Positions 27,285 through 38,092 of a stretch of 64,000 nucleotides of DNA are shown in pieces. The stretch lies in assembly GCF_013149785.1 (NCBI RefSeq), contig NZ_JABEZU010000001.1, positions 1,550,001 through 1,614,000 on the forward strand, given 5' to 3'. The translations under genes were made by a program, and so were the position numbers. The notes below the pieces were generated by a model. The model was not told where the DNA came from. It saw only the letters and a list, made by a program, of their open reading frames with translations, and searched no databases. Origin of the DNA: Isoptericola halotolerans. GTDB taxonomy: Bacteria > Actinomycetota > Actinomycetes > Actinomycetales > Cellulomonadaceae. Position 1 is the first letter of the stretch. Every line of letters begins with the position of its first letter.

Positions 27285-28363
27285 TCGCCGTCCTCGCTGC
27301 CGCCGGGGTGTCGCTGCTCGTCGCGCTGCTCGGCACACCGCTGTTCATCAAGTTCCTGATACGCCGCAACTACGGGCAGTTCGTCCGGCAGGACGGTCCG
27401 ACGGCGCACTTCACGAAGCGTGGCACTCCCACGATGGGTGGTGTCGTCATCATCGGGGCCACGCTGCTCGGCGTGGCGGCGTCGATGATCCTCGCGGGCC
27501 GGCCCCCGAGCGCCTCGGCGCTGCTGGCGCTGTACCTCATGACGGGGCTGGGGCTCGTCGGCTTCCTCGACGACTTCACCAAGATCCGCAAGCAGCGCTC
27601 CCTCGGGCTGACGGCGCGCGCCAAGATCGTCGGCCAGGGGTTCGTGGGGATCTCGTTCGCCGTGCTCGCCCTGCAGTTCCCCAACGCGAACTCCCGCACC
27701 CCGGCCTCGACCCGGATCTCGTTCCTGCGCGACACGAACCTGGACCTCGCCTTCGCCGGGGCGACGGTGGGGCTGATCCTGTTCGTGATCTGGGCCAACT
27801 TTCTCATCACGGCGTGGTCGAACGCCGTCAACCTCACCGACGGGCTCGACGGCCTGGCCACGGGGTCGTCGCTGATCGTCTTCGGCGCCTACGTGCTGGT
27901 CGGCATCTGGCAGCTCAACCAGTCGTGCCAGCGCCTCGCCGCGGCCGGTCCGGGGTGCTACGAGGTGCGCGACCCGCAGGACCTGGCGGTCGTCGCGGCC
28001 GCGATCATGGGTGCGTGCGTCGGCTTCCTGTGGTGGAACGCGAGCCCGGCGAAGATCTTCATGGGCGACACCGGCTCGCTCGCGCTGGGTGGCGCCCTGG
28101 CCGGGCTGTCGATCCTCAGCCGGACCGAGATCCTCGCGGCGATCATCGGTGGGCTGTTCGTCATCATCGTGATGAGCGACATCATCCAGATCGGCTCGTT
28201 CAAGATGACCGGCAAGCGGGTGTTCAAGATGGCCCCGCTGCACCACCACTTCGAGCTGTCCGGGTGGGGCGAGGTGACGATCGTCATCCGCTTCTGGCTC
28301 ATCGCCGGGTTCTTCGCGGCGCTGGGGATGGGGATCTTCTACGCCGAGTGGGTCGTCAGTTGA
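27281..28363 (+). CDS. mraY: Phospho-MurNAc-pentapeptide transferase
   Basis: [43 protein letters not shown]. Confidence 0.97.
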   Translation: MIAVLAAAGVSLLVALLGTPLFIKFLIRRNYGQFVRQDGPTAHFTKRGTPTMGGVVIIGATLLGVAASMILAGRPPSASALLALYLMTGLGLVGFLDDFTKIRKQRSLGLTARAKIVGQGFVGISFAVLALQFPNANSRTPASTRISFLRDTNLDLAFAGATVGLILFVIWANFLITAWSNAVNLTDGLDGLATGSSLIVFGAYVLVGIWQLNQSCQRLAAAGPGCYEVRDPQDLAVVAAAIMGACVGFLWWNASPAKIFMGDTGSLALGGALAGLSILSRTEILAAIIGGLFVIIVMSDIIQIGSFKMTGKRVFKMAPLHHHFELSGWGEVTIVIRFWLIAGFFAALGMGIFYAEWVVS

Positions 28364-29811
28364 CCCAGGACGCCGGTCCCTCCGCCGGGGCGGGCGGGGC
28401 GGTCGACCTCGTCGACGGCCGCCGCGTGGTGGTCGCCGGGCTCGGGGTCACCGGACGGGCCGTCGTCTCGGCGCTGCAGGGCCGGGCGGCCTCGGTCACG
28501 ACGGTGGACGCCCGGGCCGTGGACGCCGACGTGCGCGGGGCGGACGCCTCGGACCCGCAGGTCGTCGCGCGCCTCCTGACCGGCGCGGACCTCGTGGTCG
28601 TCTCGCCGGGGTGGCCACCGACGGCGCCGCTGCTGTCGGCGGCACGGGCCGCGGGCGTGCCGGTGTGGAGCGAGGTCGAGCTCGCCTGGCGGCTGCGCGC
28701 CGGCGCGCCGTGGCTGGCGGTGACCGGGACGAACGGCAAGACCACGACCGTGCAGATGCTCGCCTCGATCCTCACGGCAGCCGGGCTGCGGACCGCCGCG
28801 GTGGGCAACGTCGGCACCCCGGTGCTGCAGGCTGCGCAGGATCCCGGCCTCGACGTGCTCGCCGTCGAGCTGTCCAGCTTCCAGCTCCACCACACGTCGT
28901 CCATGGCGGTCGAGGCCGGCGCCGTCCTCAACGTCGCCGCCGACCACCTGGACTGGCACGGGTCGCTGGACGCCTATGCCGCCGCCAAGGGTCGCGTCTA
29001 CGCCGGCGCGCAGGTCGCCTGCGTCTACAACGTGGCCGACCCGCGCACCGAGCAGCTGGTGCGCGACGCCGACGTCGCCGAGGGGGCGCGGGCCGTCGGC
29101 TTCACGCTCGGCGCCCCGGGGCCGGGTCAGCTCGGCGTGGTCGAGGACGTCCTGGTGGACCGTGCGTTCCACGCCCCTGCGGACGCCCGTGACAGGCTCC
29201 GGACCGCCGCCGAGCTGGGGACCCTGGCCGACCTGGCCCACCTGGGACCGGACGGGGCACCGCCGCACGTGGTCGCGGACGCTCTCGCCGCCGCGGCGCT
29301 CGCCCGTGCCCACGGGGTGGAGGCCCGGGCCGTGCGCGACGGTCTGCGGGCGTTCCGTCCCGACGCGCACCGTGCCGCCGTCGTCCGCACGCTCGACGGC
29401 GTGGCCTACGTCGACGACTCCAAGGCCACGAACGCCCACGCGGCTGCCGCGGCGCTGGCGGCCTGCGCACCCGGGACCGCCGTGTGGATCGCCGGGGGGA
29501 TGGCCAAGGGCGCCTCCTTCGACGACCTGGTCTCGAGCCGGGCCGACCGGCTGCGAGCGGCCGTCGTCCTCGGGACGGACCCTGCCCCCTGGACGGACGC
29601 CCTGGCGCGACACGCACCCGAGGTCCCGCTGGTCGTGGTCGATCCCGGCGACACTGGGACCGTGATGCACCGGGCGGTCAGCGCCGCGCGGGAGCTCGCC
29701 GTCCGCGGCGACACCGTGCTGCTCGCACCCGCCGGGGCGTCGATGGATCAGTTCTCGTCCTACGCCGAGCGGGGTGACGCCTTCACCGCCGCGGTGCGGG
29801 ACCTGGCGTAG
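28360..29811 (+). CDS. murD: UDP-MurNAc-L-Ala:D-Glu ligase
   Basis: [54 protein letters not shown] start overlaps mraY stop. Confidence 0.95.
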   Translation: MTQDAGPSAGAGGAVDLVDGRRVVVAGLGVTGRAVVSALQGRAASVTTVDARAVDADVRGADASDPQVVARLLTGADLVVVSPGWPPTAPLLSAARAAGVPVWSEVELAWRLRAGAPWLAVTGTNGKTTTVQMLASILTAAGLRTAAVGNVGTPVLQAAQDPGLDVLAVELSSFQLHHTSSMAVEAGAVLNVAADHLDWHGSLDAYAAAKGRVYAGAQVACVYNVADPRTEQLVRDADVAEGARAVGFTLGAPGPGQLGVVEDVLVDRAFHAPADARDRLRTAAELGTLADLAHLGPDGAPPHVVADALAAAALARAHGVEARAVRDGLRAFRPDAHRAAVVRTLDGVAYVDDSKATNAHAAAAALAACAPGTAVWIAGGMAKGASFDDLVSSRADRLRAAVVLGTDPAPWTDALARHAPEVPLVVVDPGDTGTVMHRAVSAARELAVRGDTVLLAPAGASMDQFSSYAERGDAFTAAVRDLA

Positions 29812-29819
29812 GGAGCACG

Positions 29820-31055
29820 ATGGCCACCACCACCGGGGCACGGACCGAGGTCCGGCCGTGGCTCGGCCAGTGGAACTCCACGGTGACCAGCTACTACCTG
29901 CTCGTGGGTGCGACCGGACTGCTGCTCGTCATCGGGCTGGTGATGGTCTTCTCGAGCACGGCCGTCACCTCCATCGCCGCCGGGGACTCGCCGTACGCCG
30001 CCGGACTGGTCCAGGCGCGCTTCGCGCTGGTCGGCATCCCGTTCATGGTGGTGGCCATGCGGCTACCGGTGCGTTGGTACAAGCGTCTCGCGTGGCCGGG
30101 GCTCGTGGTCGCGCTCGGCCTGCAGTCGCTGACGCTGGTGCCCGCCTTCGGGCTGGGCAAGGGCGGCAACGTCGGCTGGGTGCACCTGGGCGGCGGCGTC
30201 GTCATCCAGCCCGCGGAGGTGAGCAAGGTGGCGCTCGCCGTGTGGCTCGGGGCCGTGCTCGGGCGCAAGCAGCACCTCCTGGGCTCGTGGGGTCACGTCT
30301 TCCTGCCGGCGGTTCCCGGCGCGCTCGTGCTGCTCGGCCTGGTGCTCGGGGGCCACGACCTCGGCACCGTGCTGGTGATGGCGGGTCTCGTGGCCGGCGC
30401 GCTGTGGGTCTCCGGCGCCCCGGCCAGGATGCTGGCCCTCGGCGGAGCTGTCGCGGCGTTCGTCGTCGTGGCGTTCTTCGTGGTCGGCAACGACAACCGC
30501 ATGCAACGGATCACCTCGACCTACGGCGGCTGCACGGATCCGCAGGGCGACTGCTACCAGGCGCTGCACGGGCTCTACGGGCTCGGCACCGGTGGGTTCT
30601 TCGGGGTCGGGCTCGGCGCGAGCAGGGAGAAGTGGCGGTACCTGCCGGAGGCGCACAACGACTTCATCTACGCCATCATCGGCGAGGAGCTCGGGCTGCT
30701 GGGCACCCTGCTGGTGCTCGCCCTGTTCGCCGTGCTGGGCGTGGCGATGGCACGGGTGATCCGCCGGCACCCGGACCCGTTCGTGAAGATCACCACGGCC
30801 GCCGTCGCCTGCTGGGTGGTGGGGCAGGCGCTGCTCAACATCGGGGTGGTCATCGGGCTCCTGCCCATCATCGGCGTGCCGCTCCCGCTCGTCTCCGCCG
30901 GAGGGTCCGCGCTGGTGACCACGATGGCCGCGCTCGGGATGGTGATGAGCTTCGCCCGTTCGGAACCGGGGGCCGCCGAGGCCTTCGCCGCCCGGCGGGG
31001 GGTCGTGCGGCGCTCGATGACGGTGCTCGGCCGGGGTCGCGTCGCGGCCCGGTAG
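29820..31055 (+). CDS. ftsW: SEDS peptidoglycan polymerase FtsW
   Basis: Multi-TM, QPAEVSK, DLGT, YLPEAHNDFI, GEELG, GVPLPLVSAGGS. Confidence 0.96.
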   Translation: MATTTGARTEVRPWLGQWNSTVTSYYLLVGATGLLLVIGLVMVFSSTAVTSIAAGDSPYAAGLVQARFALVGIPFMVVAMRLPVRWYKRLAWPGLVVALGLQSLTLVPAFGLGKGGNVGWVHLGGGVVIQPAEVSKVALAVWLGAVLGRKQHLLGSWGHVFLPAVPGALVLLGLVLGGHDLGTVLVMAGLVAGALWVSGAPARMLALGGAVAAFVVVAFFVVGNDNRMQRITSTYGGCTDPQGDCYQALHGLYGLGTGGFFGVGLGASREKWRYLPEAHNDFIYAIIGEELGLLGTLLVLALFAVLGVAMARVIRRHPDPFVKITTAAVACWVVGQALLNIGVVIGLLPIIGVPLPLVSAGGSALVTTMAALGMVMSFARSEPGAAEAFAARRGVVRRSMTVLGRGRVAAR

Positions 31056-31065
31056 GGTCCGTGGG

Positions 31066-32217
31066 GTGAACAGCTCCTCAGTGCGATCCGTCGTGCTGGC
31101 CGGCGGCGGGACCGCCGGCCACGTCAACCCCTTGCTCGCCGTCGCCGACGAGCTCCGAGCCCGTGAGCCCGAGGCGTCGTTCCTCGTCCTGGGCACCGCC
31201 TCCGGGCTGGAGGCCGAGCTCGTCCCGGCCCGCGGCTACGAGCTGCGCGAGGTCCCCCGGGTGCCGCTGCCGCGGCGCCCGAGCGTGGACCTGCTGCGGC
31301 TGCCCGGCCGGCTGGGCGTCGCCGTCCGGGCGGCCGAGGCCGCGATCGACGAGATCGACGCGCAGGCGGTCGTCGGTTTCGGCGGGTACGTCTCGACGCC
31401 CGCCTACCTGGCTGCCCGACGGCGAGGCGTGCCGGTGGTGATCCACGAGCAGAACGCGCGCCCCGGGCTGGCGAACCGGCTCGGAGCCCGGTGGGCGGCA
31501 GCCGTGGCGACCACGTTCGAGCAGACCGCGCTGCCGGGGGCGACCTGCGTCGGGCTGCCGCTGCGCGCGGAGATCGCCGCGCTGGTCGACGCCCGGCAGG
31601 ACGACGCCGTCGCAGCGCGGGCGCGGGCTGCGGACGTCCTGGGGCTGGACCCGTCGCTGCCGACCCTCCTGGTGACGGGCGGTTCGTCAGGGGCCGTGCG
31701 CGTGAACGAGGCCGTGGCCGGGGCGGCCGGGGCGCTCCTCGGCGCCGGCGTGCAGGTCCTGCACCTGACGGGCAAGGGCAAGGACGCGGCGGTGCGCGAC
31801 GTCGTCGACCGTGCGGTGGCTGCCGGCGGGCACGAGGCGTCGCGCTACCAGGTACGCGAGTACCTGCCCGAGATGCACGAGGCGCTGGCCGCGTGCGACC
31901 TGGTCGTGGCGCGGTCCGGTGCCGGCACGGTCTGCGAGCTGGCGGCCCTGGGGCTGCCCGCCGTCTACGTCCCGCTGCCCGTGGGCAACGGTGAGCAGCG
32001 TCTGAACGCCGCCGGGGTCGTCGGGGCGGGCGGCGGCCTCCTGGTCGAGGACGCGCAGTTCGACGCGGCCTGGGTCGCGGACTACGTGCCGGGCCTCGTG
32101 GTCGACGCCGACCGGCTCGGGCCGATGGCCGACGCGGCGCGCTCGGTCGGGGTCCGCGACGCCGCCGCGCGGGTGGCGGACCTGGTGGCCGGTGCTGTCG
32201 CCGGACGCGCCCGATGA
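31066..32217 (+). CDS. murG: Lipid I N-acetylglucosaminyltransferase
   Basis: GGGTAGHVNP, GFGGYVS, HEQNA, RSGAGTVCE, NGEQRLNA. Confidence 0.97.
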   Translation: MNSSSVRSVVLAGGGTAGHVNPLLAVADELRAREPEASFLVLGTASGLEAELVPARGYELREVPRVPLPRRPSVDLLRLPGRLGVAVRAAEAAIDEIDAQAVVGFGGYVSTPAYLAARRRGVPVVIHEQNARPGLANRLGARWAAAVATTFEQTALPGATCVGLPLRAEIAALVDARQDDAVAARARAADVLGLDPSLPTLLVTGGSSGAVRVNEAVAGAAGALLGAGVQVLHLTGKGKDAAVRDVVDRAVAAGGHEASRYQVREYLPEMHEALAACDLVVARSGAGTVCELAALGLPAVYVPLPVGNGEQRLNAAGVVGAGGGLLVEDAQFDAAWVADYVPGLVVDADRLGPMADAARSVGVRDAAARVADLVAGAVAGRAR

Positions 32218-33716
32218 GCGACGCCGCGAGCCCCGGTCCGGTGCCGTTGGCCGAGCTCGGCCGGGTCCACCTGGTGGGTGTCGGTGGGGCCGGGGTGTCG
32301 GTGGTCGCGCGGCTGCTGGCGGCCCGAGGGGTCCACGTCCAAGGTTCGGACGCGGCGGAGAGCCCCGCGCTGGCCGCTCTGCGTGCTGACGGGGTACGGG
32401 TCTGGGTGGGGCACGACGCGTCGCACGTGCTCGACGCCGACGGCCGCGCGGTGGTCGACACCGTCGTGGTGTCCTCGGCGGTGCGTGAGTCGAACCCGGA
32501 GCTCGCGGCGGCGCGAGCCGCCGGGCTGCGTGTGCTGCACCGGTCCGAGGCGCTGGCCTCGCTGATGGCCGACCGGCGCGCGATCGCGGTGGCCGGGGCG
32601 CACGGCAAGACGACGACCTCGGCCATGGTGGCAATCGTCCTGCGTGCCGGCGGGCTGGACCCGTCGTTCGCGATCGGTGGGACGGTGCGTCTCGACGGTG
32701 GTCGAGCCGTACCCGGCGGGCATGCCGGTTCCTCGGACGTCCTGGTCGCGGAGGCTGACGAGTCGGACGGCTCGTTCCTCAACTACGCCCCGACGGTCGC
32801 CGTGGTGACGAACGTCGAGGCCGACCATCTCGACCACTACGGCTCTCAGGAGGCGTTCGAACGAGCCTTCGTCGACTTCGCCGCCAGGATCGTCCCGGAC
32901 GGCTGGCTCGTGGCCTGCGCCGACGACCCCGGGTCGGCGGCGCTCGCGACGGCCCACCGCGACGCCGGTCGGCAGGTCGTGACGTACGGCACCCGGGAGG
33001 ATGCCGACGTCGTCGTGGGGGACGTCGTCGTCGGCGCCGGGACGGTGCGTGCCACGGTGGCCGGGGGGCCGCTCGGTCGGGAGCCCCGAGCGCTGGAGCT
33101 GCAGGTACCCGGTGCGCACAACGCGCTGAACGCCACGGCGGCGGTCGTGGTGGCGACGCTGCTGGGTGTCCCGGCGGCCACCGCCGTGCACGGGGCGACC
33201 GGGTTCGTCGGCACCGGCCGGCGGTTCGAGCCCCGGGGCGAGGTGGACGGTGTGCGGGTCTTCGACAGCTACGACCATCACCCCACCGAGGTCGAGGCGC
33301 TGCTGCGTGCAGCCCGCCCGGTCGCGGGGGAGGGGCGGGTGGTCGTCCTGTTCCAGCCGCACCTGTACTCGCGGACGCGCGCCTTCGCGGGGCGGTTCGC
33401 CGACGCGCTCGCGCTCGCCGACGAGGTGGTGGTCACCGGTGTGTACCGGGCGCGCGAGGACCACGACCCGACCGTCACGGCACGGACCATCACGGACCTG
33501 TCGCGCGGGACGGGCTCGGGAGGTGCGCTGCGGCCGGTCGAGGACCGCGTGGAGGCGGCTCGGGTCGCCGCCGACCTGGCACGTCCGGGGGACGTGCTGC
33601 TCACCGTCGGGGCGGGCGACGTGACCGAGCTCGGTGGGGTGATCCTCGACCACCTCGCCGCGCGGTCCGGCGTGGCGCGCGACGACCGGGGGCCCGACGG
33701 CGCGACCATGGGGTGA
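32214..33716 (+). CDS. murC: UDP-MurNAc:L-Ala ligase
   Basis: GVGGAG, GAHGKTTTS, EADESDGSF, DHLDHY, HHPTE, FQPHLYSRT. Confidence 0.96.
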   Translation: MSDAASPGPVPLAELGRVHLVGVGGAGVSVVARLLAARGVHVQGSDAAESPALAALRADGVRVWVGHDASHVLDADGRAVVDTVVVSSAVRESNPELAAARAAGLRVLHRSEALASLMADRRAIAVAGAHGKTTTSAMVAIVLRAGGLDPSFAIGGTVRLDGGRAVPGGHAGSSDVLVAEADESDGSFLNYAPTVAVVTNVEADHLDHYGSQEAFERAFVDFAARIVPDGWLVACADDPGSAALATAHRDAGRQVVTYGTREDADVVVGDVVVGAGTVRATVAGGPLGREPRALELQVPGAHNALNATAAVVVATLLGVPAATAVHGATGFVGTGRRFEPRGEVDGVRVFDSYDHHPTEVEALLRAARPVAGEGRVVVLFQPHLYSRTRAFAGRFADALALADEVVVTGVYRAREDHDPTVTARTITDLSRGTGSGGALRPVEDRVEAARVAADLARPGDVLLTVGAGDVTELGGVILDHLAARSGVARDDRGPDGATMG

Positions 33717-34669
33717 TGCGTCCGCCACCCCGTCCTCGCACGCCCCAGCGCCCGTCGCGTCCTGCGTCGGGCGGGGGGGAGACCGCGACGTCCGCGGGCA
33801 GCGCGGCGTCGGCCCGGAGCGCGTCCTCGCCTGAGCCCCCGCACCGTCCGAGGACGTCCGCCGGCCGGGAGGTCGAGCGCGTGCCGTCCGGGACGCGTGC
33901 GGCGCGAGCCCCGAGGAGCACGGCGCGTGAGGACCGGGTCACGGGGGCGATGGCGGACCGGCTCGCCGAGCGGTCGGCGATGCGGCGGCACCGCTCGTGG
34001 CGGATGGTCGTCGCCGCCGTCCTCGCCCTCGTGCTGCTCGGTGGCGCCGGGTGGGTGGTCGGCTGGTCGGACCTGCTGGCGTTGGAGAGCGGCGGCGTGA
34101 CCGTGTCCGGCGAGGGCAGCACCGTGGACGCGGACGCCGTCCGGGAAACGGTCGAGGCTGCCGTCGGGACGCCCCTGGTGCGGGTGGACACGGGGGCCCT
34201 GCGGGACGAGATCCTCGCGATGCGCGGTGTCAAGGACGTCACGGTCGCACGATCCTGGCCGCGGGGGATCGACGTCGCCCTGACGGCCAGGGTGCCGGTG
34301 GCGGCGGTTCCGGACGGCGGTCGCTACGTGCTGCTGGACGACGAGGGGGTGCGGGTCGGCTCACGCAAGAAGGTGCCCTCGAGCCTCCCCGTCGTGTCGG
34401 TGCCCCTGGACGAGGAGTCGGCGGGGAGCCTGCGGGCGGCGCTGGCGGTCGTCTCGGCCCTGCCTGCGGACCTGGCGCGCGAGGTCGAGCAGGTCAGCGC
34501 CCAGACCCAGGACGATGTCGAGACCCTCCTGCGCGACGGCGTGAGCGTGCGATGGGGCGGCGAGACGAACCTGCCGTTGAAGCTGGAGGTCGTCCTCACG
34601 CTGCGGGAGGTCGCGCAGGACGCCGGCGTGATCGATGTCTCGTCTCCCGAGCTGCCGGTGACACGGTGA
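33713..34669 (+). CDS. ftsQ: Cell division protein FtsQ/DivIB
   Basis: Arg-rich cytoplasmic tail, TM, POTRA (GTPLVRVD, VARSWP), C-terminal DVSSPELP. Confidence 0.9.
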   Translation: MMRPPPRPRTPQRPSRPASGGGETATSAGSAASARSASSPEPPHRPRTSAGREVERVPSGTRAARAPRSTAREDRVTGAMADRLAERSAMRRHRSWRMVVAAVLALVLLGGAGWVVGWSDLLALESGGVTVSGEGSTVDADAVRETVEAAVGTPLVRVDTGALRDEILAMRGVKDVTVARSWPRGIDVALTARVPVAAVPDGGRYVLLDDEGVRVGSRKKVPSSLPVVSVPLDEESAGSLRAALAVVSALPADLAREVEQVSAQTQDDVETLLRDGVSVRWGGETNLPLKLEVVLTLREVAQDAGVIDVSSPELPVTR

Positions 34670-34813
34670 CACGAACGGGCGACACCGTGGCATGCTGCGC
34701 CCGGCCGCTCGCGACACGCCGGGCCACGTGCGGGCGGCACCGGTCACGGCGACCTACCGTCGTCACAGCAGCAACCTGACATAACTCTCACCTTCGACTA
34801 CAACCTGAGGGTT
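34660..34813 (+). promoter_or_regulatory. ftsZ promoter region with GACAC (WhiA-type) boxes and a candidate FtsR-type site
   Basis: GACAC at 34660, 34668, 34681, 34713; TACCGT -10 at 34755; imperfect inverted repeat CACCTTC...TGAGGGTT at 34789-34813. Confidence 0.5.
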
Positions 34814-34858
34814 GGCGGCGGTGAGGTCAGGACCCGGATCGACCCGAGAGGCAACGAC

Positions 34859-36166
34859 GTGGCAACTCCGCAGAACTACCTGGCAGTGATCAAGGTGGTC
34901 GGCATCGGCGGTGGCGGCGTGAACGCCGTGAACCGCATGATCGAGGTCGGCCTCAAGGGTGTCGAGTTCATCGCCATCAACACCGACGCCCAGGCGCTGC
35001 TGATGTCGGACGCCGACGTCAAGCTCGACGTCGGGCGCGAGCTCACCCGTGGACTGGGTGCCGGCGCCGACCCCGAGGTCGGGCGCAAGGCCGCCGAGGA
35101 CCACGAGGAGGAGATCGAGGACGTCCTGCGCGGGGCGGACATGGTCTTCGTCACCGCGGGCGAGGGAGGCGGCACGGGGACCGGCGGGGCTCCCGTGGTG
35201 GCCCGGATCGCCCGCTCCCTCGGTGCGCTGACCGTGGGGGTGGTGACGCGGCCGTTCACCTTCGAGGGCCGGCGACGCTCGGTCCAGGCCGAGCAGGGGA
35301 TCGAGGCGCTCCGCGAGGAGGTGGACACCCTCATCGTCATCCCCAACGACCGCTTGCTGTCGATGTCCGACAAGAGCGTCTCGGCGATCGCCGCGTTCCA
35401 CTCCGCCGACCAGGTGCTGCACTCCGGCGTGCAGGGCATCACCGACCTCATCACGACCCCCGGCCTGATCAACCTCGACTTCGCCGACGTGAAGTCGGTG
35501 ATGCAGGGAGCCGGTTCGGCGCTGATGGGCATCGGGTCGGCCCGAGGCGAGGACCGCGCGGTGCAGGCCGCCGAGCTCGCGATCTCCTCGCCGCTGCTCG
35601 AGGCGTCGATCGACGGTGCGCACGGCGTGCTGCTGTCCATCCAGGGCGGCAGCGACCTCGGTCTGTTCGAGGTGCACGAGGCGGCTCGGCTCGTCCAGGA
35701 GGCCGCCCACCCCGAGGCCAACATCATCTTCGGCACCGTGATCGACGACGCCCTCGGCGACGAGGTCCGTGTGACCGTGATCGCCGCCGGGTTCGACGGC
35801 GGCCTGCCGAAGGCCCGGGAGGACTCCCGGGCGCTGGGGCAGGTCAGCGGTGCCGGTGCCTCGCCGTTCGGCGACGGCGCCCGGACGGCGCCGGCGCCCT
35901 CCGGGACCTCCCCGGCGGGAGCGTCCCCGGCCACCGCACCGGTTCCCGCCGCGGAGCCCGCGCACGCGCGGCCCCGGCCGATCCCGGCGGACCCGGACGA
36001 CGTGCCGGCCAGCCTCCAGCCCGTCGGCACCACGCAGGCACGCCCGGCGTTCACGGTGGTCGAGAACGGCGAGGGCGTGACGGTGGAGCGTCCGGTCGAG
36101 GTGCCGCGCGTGGCCGAGCGTCCGCGTCCCGAGGTGGAGCTCGACGTGCCCGACTTCCTGAAGTGA
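34859..36166 (+). CDS. ftsZ: Cell division GTPase FtsZ
   Basis: [26 protein letters not shown]-terminal LDVPDFLK. Confidence 0.99.
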   Translation: MATPQNYLAVIKVVGIGGGGVNAVNRMIEVGLKGVEFIAINTDAQALLMSDADVKLDVGRELTRGLGAGADPEVGRKAAEDHEEEIEDVLRGADMVFVTAGEGGGTGTGGAPVVARIARSLGALTVGVVTRPFTFEGRRRSVQAEQGIEALREEVDTLIVIPNDRLLSMSDKSVSAIAAFHSADQVLHSGVQGITDLITTPGLINLDFADVKSVMQGAGSALMGIGSARGEDRAVQAAELAISSPLLEASIDGAHGVLLSIQGGSDLGLFEVHEAARLVQEAAHPEANIIFGTVIDDALGDEVRVTVIAAGFDGGLPKAREDSRALGQVSGAGASPFGDGARTAPAPSGTSPAGASPATAPVPAAEPAHARPRPIPADPDDVPASLQPVGTTQARPAFTVVENGEGVTVERPVEVPRVAERPRPEVELDVPDFLK

Positions 36167-36972
36167 CGTCGTCGACGACCTGGGCCCAGGAGGCGCTGTT
36201 GCCCGCGGACCTCGGAGCCGGCCTCCTGCGCGCGGACCTCGGTCCGGGCGTGGTGGCCGGCTTCACCACGCGGCACGGCGGTGTCTCGCCGGCGCCGTGG
36301 GCGTCGCTCGACCTCGGCACGTCGACGGGCGACGAGGAGGCCCGGGTGCGTCGCAACCGCGAGCAGGTCGCCACGTGGGTGGGTGCGCCCGTCGCGTTCG
36401 CCACGCAGGTGCACGGCGAGGCGGTGCTCACCCTCGGGGCGGCCGAACGTGCCGAGTGGGAGTCCGTCGCCGCTCCGCTCAGCGCAGGGGAGGCCGACGG
36501 TCTCGTCACGGCCGAGGCGGCGCTCGGGCTCGGTGTGCTCGTCGCCGACTGCGTGCCGGTGCTGCTCGCCGACCCGGTCGCGCGCGTCGTCGGTGCCGCG
36601 CACGCCGGGCGGCGTGGTCTCGTGCTCGGCGTCGTCGACCGCGTGGTCGACGCGATGCTGGCCCGGGGCGCACGGGTCGGCGACCTGCGTGCCGCCGTCG
36701 GGCCCGCTGTCTGCGGGGGGTGCTACGAGGTGCCGCACGCCCTGCGCGAGGAGGTGTCCGCCGTCGTCCCCGCGACGTGGGCGACCACCGACCGGGGGAC
36801 CCCCGGCCTCGACCTGCCGGCCGGCGTCGTGGCGCAGCTGTCGGCCCGCGACGTCCCGAGCGCGCGGGTGGACCGGTGCACGCTCACCGACCCCGACCTG
36901 TTCTCGCACCGGCGCGCCACCGCCGCCGGGACCGTGGCAGGCAGGCAGGCGGGTGTGGTGGTCCTCGCCTGA
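36163..36972 (+). CDS. pgeF: Peptidoglycan editing factor / purine nucleoside phosphorylase (YfiH/YlmD)
   Basis: [34 protein letters not shown]. Confidence 0.93.
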   Translation: MTSSTTWAQEALLPADLGAGLLRADLGPGVVAGFTTRHGGVSPAPWASLDLGTSTGDEEARVRRNREQVATWVGAPVAFATQVHGEAVLTLGAAERAEWESVAAPLSAGEADGLVTAEAALGLGVLVADCVPVLLADPVARVVGAAHAGRRGLVLGVVDRVVDAMLARGARVGDLRAAVGPAVCGGCYEVPHALREEVSAVVPATWATTDRGTPGLDLPAGVVAQLSARDVPSARVDRCTLTDPDLFSHRRATAAGTVAGRQAGVVVLA

Positions 36973-37086
36973 GTCGCGCCCGGTGTGCCGTCGCGTCGAG
37001 GGCTTGCCCGGCGTGTCGTACCTCGACTAGCGCCTCGTCGTGGTTACCGTCAAGTCACGGATCTACCGACGAAACGGAGCAGGGCG

Positions 37087-37560
37087 ATGGGCGGAGCGCT
37101 TCGCAAGACCATGCTGTACCTGGGGCTGGCCGACGACCAACGCCCCGACGGGGAGTACCTCGACGAGTTCGACGAGGAGCTGGAGCCGGTGCGGGACGAC
37201 GACTACCAGGCCGAGGTCACGCCGCTGCACCGGGACGGAGCACCGATGGACGCGTTCGCCGGGGGAGACCTGCGGCGGATCACGACGATCCACCCGCGGT
37301 CGTACAACGACGCCCGGCTGATCGGCGAGGCGTTCCGTGGTGGCACCCCGGTGATCATGAACCTGTCCGACATGGACGACGCCGACGCCAAGCGTCTGGT
37401 CGACTTCTCGGCGGGGCTCATCTTCGGCCTGCACGGTTCGATCGAGCGCGTCACCAACAAGGTGTTCCTTCTCTCTCCCGAGCACGTGGAGATCACCGGC
37501 GAGGAGCAGGTCGCCGAGCGTCCGGACCCGCGTGCCGGAGCCTTCTACAACCAGAGCTGA
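37087..37560 (+). CDS. sepF: Cell division protein SepF
   Basis: N-terminal amphipathic [34 protein letters not shown]. Confidence 0.96.
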   Translation: MGGALRKTMLYLGLADDQRPDGEYLDEFDEELEPVRDDDYQAEVTPLHRDGAPMDAFAGGDLRRITTIHPRSYNDARLIGEAFRGGTPVIMNLSDMDDADAKRLVDFSAGLIFGLHGSIERVTNKVFLLSPEHVEITGEEQVAERPDPRAGAFYNQS

Positions 37561-37570
37561 CGACTTCCTC

Positions 37571-37605
37571 ACGCACGGCCCGGGAACGCCCCCCGGGTCG
37601 TGCGT
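37571..37605 (+). terminator. Hairpin after sepF
   Basis: ACGCACGGCCCGGG-N7-CCCGGGTCGTGCGT. Confidence 0.65.
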
Positions 37606-37628
37606 CGTGCGTCGGGTAGGTTGCCCTC

Positions 37629-37928
37629 GTGAGTGTGATCTTCGGCATCGTCTCCTTCGTCCTGTTCCTGTTCCTCGTGTGCCTGATCGTGCGCCTCGTC
37701 TTCGACTGGGTGCAGGTCTTCGCCCGCGACTGGCGCCCGCGCGGCATCGTGCTGATCCTGGCCGAGGCGGTGTACACGGTCACCGACCCGCCGCTGCGGG
37801 CGCTGCGCCGCGTCATCCCGCCGCTGACGCTCGGCAGCATCCGGCTCGACCTCGCGTTCCTGGTGCTGTTCTTCGCCACGTCGATCCTCATGAACCTCGC
37901 CCGGGCACTGGCGGGCACCGTCGCCTGA
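37629..37928 (+). CDS. YggT/YlmG family membrane protein
   Basis: WRPRG, YTVTDPPLRALRRVIPPL, DLAF. Confidence 0.92.
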   Translation: MSVIFGIVSFVLFLFLVCLIVRLVFDWVQVFARDWRPRGIVLILAEAVYTVTDPPLRALRRVIPPLTLGSIRLDLAFLVLFFATSILMNLARALAGTVA

Positions 37929-38092
37929 ACCGAGGACTGTGCGACACGCGGGACCATGTCCCGTGCGACCTGTGAAGAGACCGTGAGTGCGCGGTCCCCG
38001 GGGGGCCCCTGCTGCGGGTGTCCGCTACCGTGGGCTTCCACGGACGCTCCGGGTCCGTGCACTGGACCGCGCTACGGCAACGAGGTGACACG

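Noticed and set aside
27205..28359. Apparent N-terminal fusions on MurD (868 aa), DinB (602 aa), HisB (610 aa), DUF3040 (411 aa), Csp (346 aa) and SseB (440 aa)
   Set aside because: Longest-ORF artefacts overlapping the real upstream genes; coupled or RBS-supported starts exist downstream
32857..32872. SOS-like TCGAACGAGCCTTCGT
   Set aside because: Inside murC coding sequence, two mismatches in the right half, no nearby promoter
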